The notes under the pieces: generated by a model
Databases searched by the model: none
Told to the model about the DNA's origin: nothing
Seen by the model: the letters and a program-made list of their open reading frames with translations, nothing else
Origin: an uncultured bacterium
Lineage (GTDB): Bacteria; Zixibacteria; MSB-5A5; CAIYYT01
Direction: 5' to 3'
Assembly: GCA_963726455.1 (NCBI GenBank)
Contig: CAVSCK010000003.1
Location: 96,001 to 160,000, forward strand
DNA: 64,000 nucleotides
Position numbers and translations under genes: made by a program
Part shown: positions 41,901 through 50,902 of the stretch, piece after piece
Layout of the letters: every line of letters begins with the position of its first letter
Numbering within the stretch: position 1 is the stretch's first letter

Positions 41901-42054
41901 GGTAAATGACCTGAATCACGACAAACGGAAAGTCAACGTTCGGGAAAAGCTCTACGCTCAAGTCGCGATACGCGAAAGCGCCCAGCACGAGCAGGGCGAG
42001 AATCATCATGGTCGCGAAGACCGGCCGGTTGATGGATACTTTGGATAATATCAT
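38941..42054 (-). CDS. RND efflux permease (AcrB/HAE1 family)
   Basis: SINRPVFA, YPGASPE, GLLIDDAIVVIEN, TLTPML, TKNAILLVD, RLRPILMT. Confidence 0.95.
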   Translation of the reverse strand: MILSKVSINRPVFATMMILALLVLGAFAYRDLSVELFPNVDFPFVVIQVIYPGASPENMETEVVTKVEDAVSTISGVRHITSQCLEGYATTFIEFNLEVNEDFAAQDVREKVAGVQQDLPEGIQDLVIQKFDPQSTPILSLAIAGDKSTRELTIIAKETVKKRLESIQGVGNVELVGGDEREIQVELNQTSLEALNLSIFDIQNLLASASLELPGGTLKSQGRDFTVRTMGKITSLDDIRNLIVKNENGKNVRLQDIATVRDSTKDLESFSRLNGQRAVALNIVKQSGANTVDVANAVKAVVNDVGKVLPPGVKIIIAADNSVFTVDAVHDVMVNIIYGSILAVLVIFLFLADIRPTIISALAIPTSIIATFIFMRFLGFTLNFMTLLGLSLAVGLLIDDAIVVIENIFRNFGLGKARNVAAYDGTSEIALAVMATTFTIVVVFVPVAFMKGIVGKFFFSFGMTVAAAVLVSLFVAFTLTPMLSSRFLKEEHAHHKGTRNPIYKVTNLWNDLFDRLNVLYQKTIHYALNHRLLVMVVAVLIFIGSFPLVSLIGTEFLPDYDRGEFFINFKASPGTTLEETARLSKGIEDIAASHKEVSSIFTAIGSGSDPNNWGYMHVRMIDLAERKLTANQLMTQIRSEVASYAGLKIAFTGEQSQGGGGGMPVEISISGENPDKLRAIAALVEDSVRATKGAVEVDNSLGEGKPELRLNLDRERIADLGLNVAQTSMAVRYLVYGVVPIKYREGEHEADVRVRLQESDRKNLSDLSRILVPSSKEINGAHGNQVPLSYVASIVDASAVSEIDRYDRQQTVKVTANNAGRFAGDVRADAFAKAVKIPTPPGYRIYASGEAEMQAESFGYILQALLLSIILIYLVLASQFESFTDPFAIMLSLPMSLVGAFLGLLIFRSSLSIMSMIGIVMLMGLVTKNAILLVDFAKQDMRRGSSRMDALVRAGSIRLRPILMTTFAMIFGMLPLALGLGPGAELRAGIARAVIGGLTTSTALTLLVVPVVYTLLDDVVKKIFGKNRKAVAENNTV

Positions 42055-42056
42055 AG

Positions 42057-43082
42057 TTACTTCGCCGACCTGACAATGGGATATCCGTCAGACAGGAATC
42101 CTTGTCCCACAACAACCACTTCATCACCACTTTTGAGCCCGGACGCGATTTCGGCATCGATTCCGTTGTTTATCCCTACAATGACGGTACGAGAATACGC
42201 TGTGTCACTCCGAACGACATACAAGGACATTACGCCTTCATTGGATAGCAGCGCCGCCTGAGGCACCGCCAGCACATTGTTCTTGCTTTGTACAACAAAG
42301 GTGGCTTTGGCGAACGTTCCCGCCTGCAGGCGACGATCCGTATTGGGCACCGTGGCCTCGATACTAAACGTCCGCGTCTGCGGCTCAGCGGCATCCGAAA
42401 CTTTGGTGATGGTGCAGGTATAGACGCTGTCGTCGCCACTGACATGAACAGTGCCGGTCATGCCCTTTGCAAATCTATCTACGAGGTCAGTCGACACGCC
42501 GAAGGACATTCTGAGCTGATCGGTACGGGCAACACGCGCAGCCAACAAACCCATTTTGGGAATGTCGCCGACTTTCACGTCAAGTTCAACGAGAGTGCCG
42601 GTTATGGGCGAAGTGACACTAACCAACTCCTGGGCGGATTCGAAGTTCGCTTTGGCGACCTGAGTTCCGGCCTTGGCTTCATCAAAAGCCGATTCGCTGA
42701 TGGCTTTCTGCTCGAACAAGTATTGCATCTTCTTGTAGTTCTTGTCAGCATTATCATACATCGCCTTGGCCTGATAGTATTGCGATGACGCCCCTCCCTT
42801 ATCCAGTTCGATCAGTACCTGTCCCTTTTCGACGTGTTCCCCGACTCTGAACGGCAGCGCGACCACGGCTTCGGAAAGGCGAATGTAGAGGTCTGCCTGC
42901 TCGATGCCTTCGAGTCCTCCGGAGTACTCACGCGTAACGTCGATCGTTCCGGGTGAGACGCTCATGGTCTTGACCGGGATGATCGGCAATGGTGTCGTGG
43001 TATTGGCGTCATCTTTGGCGCAGGAAAGTGGCAAGAAGGCCACCGTCGCGACGAGAAATGCATATATGATCTTTCGAGACAT
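42057..43082 (-). CDS. RND periplasmic adaptor (MFP) lipoprotein
   Basis: Lipobox LPLSC; G..V.KGQVL..LD, SPITG, TRTF.IEA, LAVPQAAL, GL..GD.VVV.G. Confidence 0.93.
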   Translation of the reverse strand: MSRKIIYAFLVATVAFLPLSCAKDDANTTTPLPIIPVKTMSVSPGTIDVTREYSGGLEGIEQADLYIRLSEAVVALPFRVGEHVEKGQVLIELDKGGASSQYYQAKAMYDNADKNYKKMQYLFEQKAISESAFDEAKAGTQVAKANFESAQELVSVTSPITGTLVELDVKVGDIPKMGLLAARVARTDQLRMSFGVSTDLVDRFAKGMTGTVHVSGDDSVYTCTITKVSDAAEPQTRTFSIEATVPNTDRRLQAGTFAKATFVVQSKNNVLAVPQAALLSNEGVMSLYVVRSDTAYSRTVIVGINNGIDAEIASGLKSGDEVVVVGQGFLSDGYPIVRSAK

Positions 43083-44483
43083 CTATCGCTCCTTTAATTC
43101 CTCGATATTGTTTACACCGGTAACGCGCAAGAGATTGAAGACCGCATCGGCAGCATCGTGTGTTGCCTGAACGTAATTCGTTTTGGCCTGTGTCAGCGCG
43201 GCTTCAGCGGAGAGTATTTCCAACTGCGTGCCCACGCCATTTTGATATCGTAATTGCGCTATCTTCAGCCCGTCTTGCGCCTGCTCGATGGTCTTTTGTC
43301 CTGCCTTCAGACGCCCGCCCGTTTCCTGGTAGGTGAAAAAGGCCTGTCTGACGTCGAGTGCGACTTGTTCTCTGAATTGGTCGTAGGAAAGCTCAGCACT
43401 GCTGGCATCAACCTGCGCCTGCCTGATGGCGGCGGTTGTGGTAAATCCGTCGAAGATCGGGATACTGAAATTCAACGTTGCCGTCCAACTGGGCGTCCAG
43501 TCACGGCCGTTAGTCAGCCGGAAGCCAGAATCATTTCCCTGCAACTGCCAGCCATATTGCGACTGGAGAATCAGATTGAAACTTCTGCCGGATTTGGCAA
43601 TCCCGATGGCACGGCGGGTTATTTCCTTGAAATGCTCCTGCTGCTGCAGCGCCGGGCGATGATCGGTGGCCAGCTTTTGCAGGTAGTCAATGTTCAGTGG
43701 CGATCCGACGACGGTAGAATCAAATGCATATTGCAGACTGAGTGAATCAGCCAATTTGACACCGATCAAATTCTTGAGAGCGTCCAGAGAAGTTGCCGCA
43801 CGATTTTGAGATTGAGTCAATTGCGGCCTGAGGTTTGCGACTTCTACCTGAGCTCGCAACAATTCGTATTCGGAGACGACTCCTTGCGAATACATCTTAT
43901 TGACCATGTCCAGGTTCAGTTCGGCGGCCGCCAGCGCGTCCTGGAAGACTTTAACAAAATCGTGAGCCAGAATGGCTCCGAGGAAGGCGCTACGGACTCC
44001 ATAGGTTACCTGCGACTGCGTTTCATTAACCATGTCTTCGGTGTAGGACCTGTATATCTTCGCGATTTTCAGCGCCGTAAAGACTTTTCCGCCCAGCCAG
44101 ATCGGCTGCGTAAACGTGAGTCCCACATTCAATTGATTGTCGGTTCCGAATTGGTAGGACTGGCCGGCGATCGTGAAGGTCGGGATTTTGAGGTTGCGAG
44201 TGTACGAAGATCCAAAACCAAGCGACGGCAATGCTCCTGCCGTAGCCGATTGTATCTGCGCGTCGGCTCTGGTCAACTGCTCACGGGCTATCAGATAGGT
44301 CTGGTTGTTCTTGAGGGCCAGAGCGACGGCATTATCGATTGTCAGATCCTCTGCGGCAGCTCGCGGTGTACTGAAAGAGAGAATCAATAGGACAGCACCG
44401 AGCAAGAGCCGGCGCAACACTCGAAAAGGTGCGGCCGAACTCCGGCGCACCCGATGAAAAATCATTATATCGGGGTTTATCAC
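43083..44483 (-). CDS. TolC-family outer membrane efflux protein
   Basis: LTIDNAV.LAL.NN, QPIW.GG, IPIFDG, RY..GVGT.LEIL.A; start uncertain. Confidence 0.92.
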   Translation of the reverse strand: MINPDIMIFHRVRRSSAAPFRVLRRLLLGAVLLILSFSTPRAAAEDLTIDNAVALALKNNQTYLIAREQLTRADAQIQSATAGALPSLGFGSSYTRNLKIPTFTIAGQSYQFGTDNQLNVGLTFTQPIWLGGKVFTALKIAKIYRSYTEDMVNETQSQVTYGVRSAFLGAILAHDFVKVFQDALAAAELNLDMVNKMYSQGVVSEYELLRAQVEVANLRPQLTQSQNRAATSLDALKNLIGVKLADSLSLQYAFDSTVVGSPLNIDYLQKLATDHRPALQQQEHFKEITRRAIGIAKSGRSFNLILQSQYGWQLQGNDSGFRLTNGRDWTPSWTATLNFSIPIFDGFTTTAAIRQAQVDASSAELSYDQFREQVALDVRQAFFTYQETGGRLKAGQKTIEQAQDGLKIAQLRYQNGVGTQLEILSAEAALTQAKTNYVQATHDAADAVFNLLRVTGVNNIEELKER

Positions 44484-45088
44484 TTGTTAATTCCTCTCAG
44501 GAAAATATCGACAGCACTACGAATGTCTTTCCGACGAGTATCTCTCTTCCCGTGCAAGCATTTTTCAACAATCAGGGCCGCCATTGCCATGAGACTGTGA
44601 GCGGCAAATTGAGGATCAACTTTCTTGAAGAATCCCGCCGAAATCCCGGCTTTGATTCCATCGACCAGGTACTCCTCACAGCATTGATGTCCTCGAAACG
44701 TGGCATCACTTACATCCGGACGTTCGTGCGGATGCTCCAACATCAGGAGCCGCCAATATTTGGGGTTTTCGACGAAAAAGTCAACGTGAAGTTTCAACCC
44801 AACCGCAACCGTATCGTCGAAAGACCTCTGGAGTGTGCAGAGCTGCTGCATCCTCTCTTGTAGTTGATCGAAACCGCGATCGATGACGGCGACAAACAAA
44901 TGGCGCTTGGATGGAAACTGACGATAAATTGTCCCCTTTCCAATCCCGGCTTGGCGAGCAATGTCATCGACGTCGGCGATTTCGTAGCCGTGACGCGCGA
45001 ATATCTCGAGGGCGGCATCCAAAATCATCTCGCGACGTTCTTCGCGCGGGAGGACTTTCCGCTTGTGTAAGTCTTGACGTCTGGTCAT
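44480..45088 (-). CDS. TetR/AcrR family transcriptional regulator with 4 Cys including a CC pair
   Basis: ILDAALEIFARHGY.....DDIARQAGIGKGTIYRQFPSK HTH. Confidence 0.94.
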   Translation of the reverse strand: MTRRQDLHKRKVLPREERREMILDAALEIFARHGYEIADVDDIARQAGIGKGTIYRQFPSKRHLFVAVIDRGFDQLQERMQQLCTLQRSFDDTVAVGLKLHVDFFVENPKYWRLLMLEHPHERPDVSDATFRGHQCCEEYLVDGIKAGISAGFFKKVDPQFAAHSLMAMAALIVEKCLHGKRDTRRKDIRSAVDIFLRGINK

Positions 45089-45103
45089 ATATTATTGCAT
45101 TAG

Positions 45104-45121
45104 ACGGACTGGTCAGTCCGT
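45104..45121. promoter_or_regulatory. Probable TetR operator
   Basis: Perfect inverted repeat ACGGACTG-GT-CAGTCCGT, 15 nt upstream of the tetR ATG. Confidence 0.75.
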
Positions 45122-45171
45122 TTGTTTCCGATTTTTCGAGACTTCATGGTCTTTTTGTCCCGAATCACGTC

Positions 45172-46182
45172 TTAAGTGGGACAGCCGGTCCCTTTGGACT
45201 CACGGACCGTTTCGTCGCGCAATTTCTTGAATGTTATATGGTTAGTGAATAAGAAGTAAATGCCAAACGCAAAAACCGGGGCAACATCCATGAAGTGAAG
45301 AGCGATGCTAAATGCCGCAGCTTCGGCATGGGGAACATTAAACAACGACAGTGCCCAGATCACGGCAAGTTGGAATGAGCCCAGATTGCCAGGTGAAACC
45401 GGAATCAACAACAGAAACGAATTAATGATTACGATCACGATTCCCGCCCAGAACGGTACCTTGAGGTCAAATGCTTGAATCAACAGTATCGAAATGGCGA
45501 TGTGGAAGATCCAGACGAGAATCGAATAGAAGCCGACACTGACAACACCACGGCTGCTACGCATTGAAGCGATACCATGTGACATTGAAGATGTCCACTT
45601 CTCAAGGCGTATGTATAGCAGGGGAAATCTGCGGCGAATCGTCTTCTTGCCAAAATATGCCAGCCCGCGCTCATATCGCATGAGCAGTATCAGCACCAGC
45701 AAAGATGCGCCGACCACCATCGCGGCGTAGACTTCCGCTTCCCTAACCCAACTGGGAAAGGCAAACATGAAGGAAGCGACGTAAACGAGCAAGACCAGGG
45801 TAATACTGTCGAAGAGCACTTCCATGGCGACTGTGGTAAAACAGAAGGTTTTGGACAGCCCTTCCTGCTTTGCCAGCATGACGATGCGTCCGGCCTGCCC
45901 GGTCAACACCGGTAGCGACAAGTTGATCATTTGCCCGACATGGAAAAGCGCGAAGACGCGTGTCTTCGAGATGACTTTGACATCGCGAATGAGCGCGCGC
46001 CAGCGCATACCTTTGGCCCAATTCATTAGAATCGAGCTGCCGACTGCACCGAGAAAGTAGAGCGGATTGATCCTGGTGAGCGTGCGCCAGAGTTCGTGGA
46101 CGTCGACTTTGTAGAAGCTGGCAAAGAGCAGGCCGATAGCCACCAGGACGCCGATAAGCTTTTTCCAGTCGAAGATCTTCAC
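45172..46182 (-). CDS. UPF0104 / lysylphosphatidylglycerol-synthase TM-domain (flippase-like) membrane protein
   Basis: RWRALI, G.MIN..LP...G..GR, E.LFD, IPVSPG.LG.F; multiple TM helices. Confidence 0.85.
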   Translation of the reverse strand: MKIFDWKKLIGVLVAIGLLFASFYKVDVHELWRTLTRINPLYFLGAVGSSILMNWAKGMRWRALIRDVKVISKTRVFALFHVGQMINLSLPVLTGQAGRIVMLAKQEGLSKTFCFTTVAMEVLFDSITLVLLVYVASFMFAFPSWVREAEVYAAMVVGASLLVLILLMRYERGLAYFGKKTIRRRFPLLYIRLEKWTSSMSHGIASMRSSRGVVSVGFYSILVWIFHIAISILLIQAFDLKVPFWAGIVIVIINSFLLLIPVSPGNLGSFQLAVIWALSLFNVPHAEAAAFSIALHFMDVAPVFAFGIYFLFTNHITFKKLRDETVRESKGTGCPT

Positions 46183-46217
46183 TTGCCCAATCTAGTCCGT
46201 TTTTTCAAGTGCGGCAA

Positions 46218-46246
46218 AACATACTAACCGCCACTGTGACTGTCAA
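46218..46246 (-). promoter_or_regulatory. sigma70 promoter for the UPF0104 gene
   Basis: Minus-strand TTGACA-17 nt-TATGTT. Confidence 0.65.
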
Positions 46247-46304
46247 CGATTTACTATTTTCGTGGCGGAATATGTCGACCGGAGGGCCGCAGATAGAGGC
46301 ACAC

Positions 46305-47048
46305 TCAGATTTTTTCGACGGCGGAGATCTTAACCCAACCTTTTAGCTTATTTGCGAAAAGACCGAGGTAGTAATCCTGTTTCTGATCGAGGATGTCGAA
46401 CGTAAGTCCTTCGTGTCCCTCAAACTGAAGTTCAAAATCGCTGCCGGGGCCCGAGAGGATTTCGGTTTGTTCAACGACAATCACGCCTTCGTCCACGAGA
46501 TAATTGGATTTCAGAACCCAGACCATCACGCCGAACGACAGCAGAGTGACCAGACCGAGTATCACCACCGGTGAATTTCCGATTCGCGCCAGAACTCCGA
46601 GGCGCTTGAGAGCGAGAAAAGCGAGCAACAGCAGGAAGGATACAAATGAGATCAGAAAATATTGATTAGGGTGCAGCGTGGCGAGGCCGTTTTCGACCTT
46701 CGTAGAGAACGGGTCAACTTGTGTGGCGTCGACTTTATCGACGCAGAATTGTTTGACAAAGGCAAGATTCGTGCGAATATCGCCGTCATCCGGGCTCATC
46801 CGTTCGGCACGGCGGAAGTTGGCGATCGCTTTGCCGATATGTCCGGCCTTGTAGTATGCGCATCCGGCATTGTAGTATACCGGCACGGAAGCGAATCCCT
46901 GGTCAATGATCTGCTCGAATTTCTGCGATGCTCCGGTGAAATCGCCCTGATCATAAAGATGAACACCCTCCTGAAAATCCTCAGTTGCCCCTGCAAACAA
47001 AATTGCAGGCAGAAGTAGAATAACAAACAGCGCCAGCAATTTCTTCAT
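46305..47048 (-). CDS. batE: BatE-like TPR + SH3 protein
   Basis: Start MKKLLALF; YYNAG.AYYK.G.IG.AIANF.RA...P.D.DI..NL; two TM helices; SGPG...F..HEG, GWV C-terminus. Confidence 0.8.
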   Translation of the reverse strand: MKKLLALFVILLLPAILFAGATEDFQEGVHLYDQGDFTGASQKFEQIIDQGFASVPVYYNAGCAYYKAGHIGKAIANFRRAERMSPDDGDIRTNLAFVKQFCVDKVDATQVDPFSTKVENGLATLHPNQYFLISFVSFLLLLAFLALKRLGVLARIGNSPVVILGLVTLLSFGVMVWVLKSNYLVDEGVIVVEQTEILSGPGSDFELQFEGHEGLTFDILDQKQDYYLGLFANKLKGWVKISAVEKI

Positions 47049-48868
47049 CAACGGGTTTTCTCCAACTCCACGATCAGCTTTTTCGCCTCTTCCCATAACT
47101 GCGTCATCTGGCCCTTTTCCTTGCCGCCCGGGGCAAAGCGCCCAAAATCGCACTGCTGCAACAGATCGACAAGCTGGGCAATCAAGGCGTCACTCTGCTT
47201 GCCGGCCGCAAATTCCTTGATTTTGTCGAGGGTCAGACCGTACGCGGGGAGATTATATCTATCGGCGAAATAGTCGATCAACGAATGACTTATCTCGGCA
47301 TAATAGGCGTCAGGGTCGCCGCCTTCGATAAGAGCTTTGGCCTTGGCAAGCCGGGTTTCGGCCATTTTGCGTGCCTGGCGCAGGCGGCGGAAACCGACGT
47401 CACTCTGCAAACGCTCTTTGTGGCGCTGACGCGTCAGAACGACGACGTAGCCGATCACCGGTAGCAGGTACATTGCGAGCAAGAACAGCGGACTCGCAGA
47501 GATGGGCTCCGCCCGGCGCGAACGCAACTCGCCGATGTCCGATTTCAAGTAGCGAATATCCTTGGCGGCGAGATCGATGCGGTTCGTCTGCAAATTCTGA
47601 ACCTGGGATGCGAAGCGATCCTTGGATGGCGCCACCTCGATCTGAATCGGATCAGAAGCCAACGTCTTGTATGTCCGCGCTTGCGGATCAAAGAAGGAAA
47701 AATTCAAAGCCGGAAGCTGATAGTTGCCGGCGCGTTTCGGAATAAACGCCTGATCGAAGGTCTTGGTGCCGCCGACCTGATAATTCACTTTTTCGATCTT
47801 CTCGTTGTCGCCGGCTTGATAGGTGCGGAAATCAGGCAGTTCCGGAACCTTGGGTATATCGACGCTCTTGATGTTACCGATACCGGTGACCTTGATATGC
47901 ATAGTTACCGGCTCGTTCACTTCGATCTTGTTTTTGTCAACTGTGACGGACATCTGATATTGCCCCACCGCTCCTCCGAAGTCGGCCGGCTTTCCTATCT
48001 CCGGCAATGGCAAGGTGATGATTTTGATCGGGTCGGAAGACAGCGTCAGGCGTTTGCCGCCGCCGAAGAAATTAGGCCAATTGCGATCGAATACGGAGAA
48101 TGGGTCCCTGGAACTTCCGTCGTCGACGACCACTCCCATCTGAGAGGCGCCAATCGTCTGCGTCCCGGGAGATGTAGGAAACATCGCGGTCTTGGATTCC
48201 ATGATGTTGTAATCTTTGCCGCCATAGGTCTCCTGACCGGTCCGCCACTGTCCAAGGTCTTCCGACCAAAATCCGGTGCGTTGCGGCGCCTGATAGTCGG
48301 GGTTGTTGAGCAACTGCACGCGCCAGTACAACTTCATCGAGAGCGTGACCTGCTGATTGACATAGACGGTGTCTTTGTCGACTGTCGCGCGGAGCAGCAA
48401 GTCATCTTCGCTAAGCGCTCCCCGCTGGCGACTTGGCTGACGGCTGCGGTTTTGCGGCGCCTGGCGTGACTGCGGTGGCATCGCCACCGGATTGACGGTC
48501 ACGGAGATTTGCTGCGTCTTGTAATTGACGCCTCCGATTGCCAGCGCAAACGGCGGAATCATGAGACGGCCAGTGCGCGAGGGAACGAGCGTAAAGTTGT
48601 ATTGCTTTGACTGCGTCGTCTTGCCGTTGATCCAGGCAACACTCGACGACGTTCCAGAAGTGTATACCTGCCAATCGGGAAGCTGACTGATGTCCAGGGC
48701 AGGAATCTTCGATGCCTCGCCCTTAATCTCAATCGTGAGTTGGACCGTCTCACCCTCGGAAATTTCATTGCGATCGACATACGCATTGACCGTGGTCTGA
48801 GCCAGGGAGGGCAATGACATTCCCAACACCAGGAGCGCCCCCAGAATCATCACAGCCAAATTTTTCAT
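47048..48868 (-). CDS. batD: BatD family protein
   Basis: AYVDRNEI..GE.VQLTI, VDKDTVYVNQQV, PLP..GKP.DF.GAVG.Y, DIRYLK, C-terminal TM and CDFGRFAP. Confidence 0.88.
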   Translation of the reverse strand: MKNLAVMILGALLVLGMSLPSLAQTTVNAYVDRNEISEGETVQLTIEIKGEASKIPALDISQLPDWQVYTSGTSSSVAWINGKTTQSKQYNFTLVPSRTGRLMIPPFALAIGGVNYKTQQISVTVNPVAMPPQSRQAPQNRSRQPSRQRGALSEDDLLLRATVDKDTVYVNQQVTLSMKLYWRVQLLNNPDYQAPQRTGFWSEDLGQWRTGQETYGGKDYNIMESKTAMFPTSPGTQTIGASQMGVVVDDGSSRDPFSVFDRNWPNFFGGGKRLTLSSDPIKIITLPLPEIGKPADFGGAVGQYQMSVTVDKNKIEVNEPVTMHIKVTGIGNIKSVDIPKVPELPDFRTYQAGDNEKIEKVNYQVGGTKTFDQAFIPKRAGNYQLPALNFSFFDPQARTYKTLASDPIQIEVAPSKDRFASQVQNLQTNRIDLAAKDIRYLKSDIGELRSRRAEPISASPLFLLAMYLLPVIGYVVVLTRQRHKERLQSDVGFRRLRQARKMAETRLAKAKALIEGGDPDAYYAEISHSLIDYFADRYNLPAYGLTLDKIKEFAAGKQSDALIAQLVDLLQQCDFGRFAPGGKEKGQMTQLWEEAKKLIVELEKTR

Positions 48869-48876
48869 GATCGCGT

Positions 48877-49836
48877 CTACCAATCCTTGTCAGTCCGCGG
48901 TTGAGTGCCAAACTGAACTTTATAGCGCCCCATTTGTTTCTGCAAATTCTTTTCGTCGCCGGAAAGTGAATTCAGAATCCGATCGGCGTCCTGCTTACTC
49001 ATTTTCTGCTGCTGGCCTTTGGCGCGCTGCTGTTGTTGTTGCTGTTGCTGATCCTGGCCGCCATTTTGTTGATCCTGTTGTTCCTGCTGTTGTTGATCCT
49101 CGCCCTGCTGCTCCTGCTGTTGATTCTGCTGGTCTTGCTTATCTTGATTGCCTTGCTGTCCCTGCTGCTGTTGTTCCTGCTGTTGCTGCTGTTGTTGCTG
49201 ATCTTGTTGCTGCTGCTGAGACTGCTGATCTTGTTGATTCTGCTGCTGTTGTTGCTGCTGCTGTTGCTGATCCTGATTCTGCTGGTCTTGCTGCTGTTGT
49301 TCTTGTTTGTCCTGCTGTTGCTGCTGCTTCTGGTCCTGCTGTTGATTCTTTTGTTGCGCCTGTTCTTTCAGCTTAACACGCGCCAGCTCGAGATTGTACT
49401 TGGCGTCGGCATCGTCAGCATTGATTTCGAGACACTTCTTGTATGAGTTGATTGCCTCCGCATACTTCTTCGCGCGGAAAAGAGCGTTGCCGGAATTATA
49501 ATACGCATCGGCTTGAAACTGGGGATCCGTATTGTTCAACGCCCGCAGATAGCGCTGGGCAGCTTCCGGGTATTTGCTCTGATTGAAAAGCACAGAGCCA
49601 ATGTCGTAATCGAGCACAGGCTGCTGAGGTTTCTCAACTTCAGCATCGCGGTAGGATTTCAACGCATCATCCATCTTGCCGTCGGTGAAGGCCTTGTTTC
49701 CTTGCGTAGTCAGTTTGCGATAATCAGCGCGGGCACTCGAAGTCGATATCACCATAAGTGCAGCCGCAAGCACTAATGCGAGGCAGGACGTGAATCTACC
49801 CGGTGCGGGTTCGTGACAAGGTTCAGACTGTTTCAT
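48877..49836 (-). CDS. batC: BatC-like TPR protein with long Gln-rich linker
   Basis: GNKAF...K...A...Y, AYYNSGNALF, DAKYNLELA, Q/D/N-rich tract, MSKQDADRIL...E, C-terminal KDW. Confidence 0.88.
   Translation of the reverse strand: MKQSEPCHEPAPGRFTSCLALVLAAALMVISTSSARADYRKLTTQGNKAFTDGKMDDALKSYRDAEVEKPQQPVLDYDIGSVLFNQSKYPEAAQRYLRALNNTDPQFQADAYYNSGNALFRAKKYAEAINSYKKCLEINADDADAKYNLELARVKLKEQAQQKNQQQDQKQQQQQDKQEQQQQDQQNQDQQQQQQQQQQNQQDQQSQQQQQDQQQQQQQQEQQQQGQQGNQDKQDQQNQQQEQQGEDQQQQEQQDQQNGGQDQQQQQQQQRAKGQQQKMSKQDADRILNSLSGDEKNLQKQMGRYKVQFGTQPRTDKDW
49010..49370 (-). repeat. Low-complexity CAG/CAA-rich tract encoding the BatC poly-Gln linker
   Basis: About 120 codons dominated by CAG/CAA, interspersed with D/N/E/G codons. 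Confidence 0.9.
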
Positions 49837-50857
49837 CGGAATTCGACTCCTTGCGGCGCGATCTTCTTTCCGAGATCAATACCTCAGCACCCAAAAATAT
49901 TACGGCAAAAGGAAGCAAGTATTGATAGCGATCTTCATACTGCGTCATCATCATACCCTTCTGTTCCTTCTTATCCATCGAGTTGATGTCTTCGTAGATC
50001 TGGTCAAGCGCGATTTCGCCCGCAGACGCGTGATAGTATCGGCCATCCGTTTCCGCGGCAATGTCCTGCAGCGACTGTTCATCCAGACGCGTCAGCACGA
50101 GTTCTCCGCGTTCGTCTTTCTTGTAGCCGATCATGTCGCCGCGGTCGTTGCGGAGCGGGATCGGTTCACCCTCCGGCCTGCCGATACCGATGGTATAAAT
50201 CTTGACTCCCTGAATCTTGGCGTCTCTGACAGCGCTCTTGATGTTGCCGCCGAAGTCCTCGCCGTCCGTAATGATGATCATGACCTTATTCTTGCGTTCC
50301 TTCTGATCGAAATTGCCGGTCGCTGTCTGGACAGCCGAACCGATGTTCGTTCCGGGAGCCGGAATCAGATCGACATCCAGCACATCGACAAACATCTGTG
50401 CCGCCGAATAATCGAGAGTCAGAGGACACTCGGTGAAAGCGGCTCCGGAGAATGCGACCAGCCCGACGCGATCCCCCTTCATGCGCGAAATCAATCCGCG
50501 CACCTCCTGCTTGGCTTTTTCCAACCGGTTGGGTTTCATATCCTCGGCCAACATTGACTTGGAGCAGTCCACGACAATCATGACGTCCTGCCCTTCCCTC
50601 TTGAGCATGACCATGTGTGTCCCATACTGCGGCCGTCCCAGCGCCAGTACCAGAAATATCAGCGCGAGAAACAGCAGAACGAATTTATAGCGCCGCTTGA
50701 TCGGCGAAAAATTGGCGGTCAATCCAGCGATGAGCCGTTTGTCGGCAAACAACTCCAGCAGCCGTCGCTTCTTGCGCGCGCTCCAGAGAAAGAAGAGCCC
50801 CACGAGCGCGATTGCCAAAAGCCCGAAATAGAGATTTTCCGGAGTGGCGAATCTCAT
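49823..50857 (-). CDS. batB: BatB vWA-domain protein
   Basis: LALGRPQYG, DCSKSM.AED.KPNRL, DRVGLVAF, PLTLDY, GTNIG.A, ITDGED. Confidence 0.88.
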   Translation of the reverse strand: MRFATPENLYFGLLAIALVGLFFLWSARKKRRLLELFADKRLIAGLTANFSPIKRRYKFVLLFLALIFLVLALGRPQYGTHMVMLKREGQDVMIVVDCSKSMLAEDMKPNRLEKAKQEVRGLISRMKGDRVGLVAFSGAAFTECPLTLDYSAAQMFVDVLDVDLIPAPGTNIGSAVQTATGNFDQKERKNKVMIIITDGEDFGGNIKSAVRDAKIQGVKIYTIGIGRPEGEPIPLRNDRGDMIGYKKDERGELVLTRLDEQSLQDIAAETDGRYYHASAGEIALDQIYEDINSMDKKEQKGMMMTQYEDRYQYLLPFAVIFLGAEVLISERRSRRKESNSDETV

Positions 50858-50902
50858 TATGTCTCCTCAATCATTGTACACCCGAAACATCCCGATTATT
50901 CC

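Noticed and set aside
49033-49446. Plus-strand poly-Leu ORF, or a repeat array
   Set aside because: Antisense shadow of the BatC Gln codons; no repeat-spacer structure, so not CRISPR.
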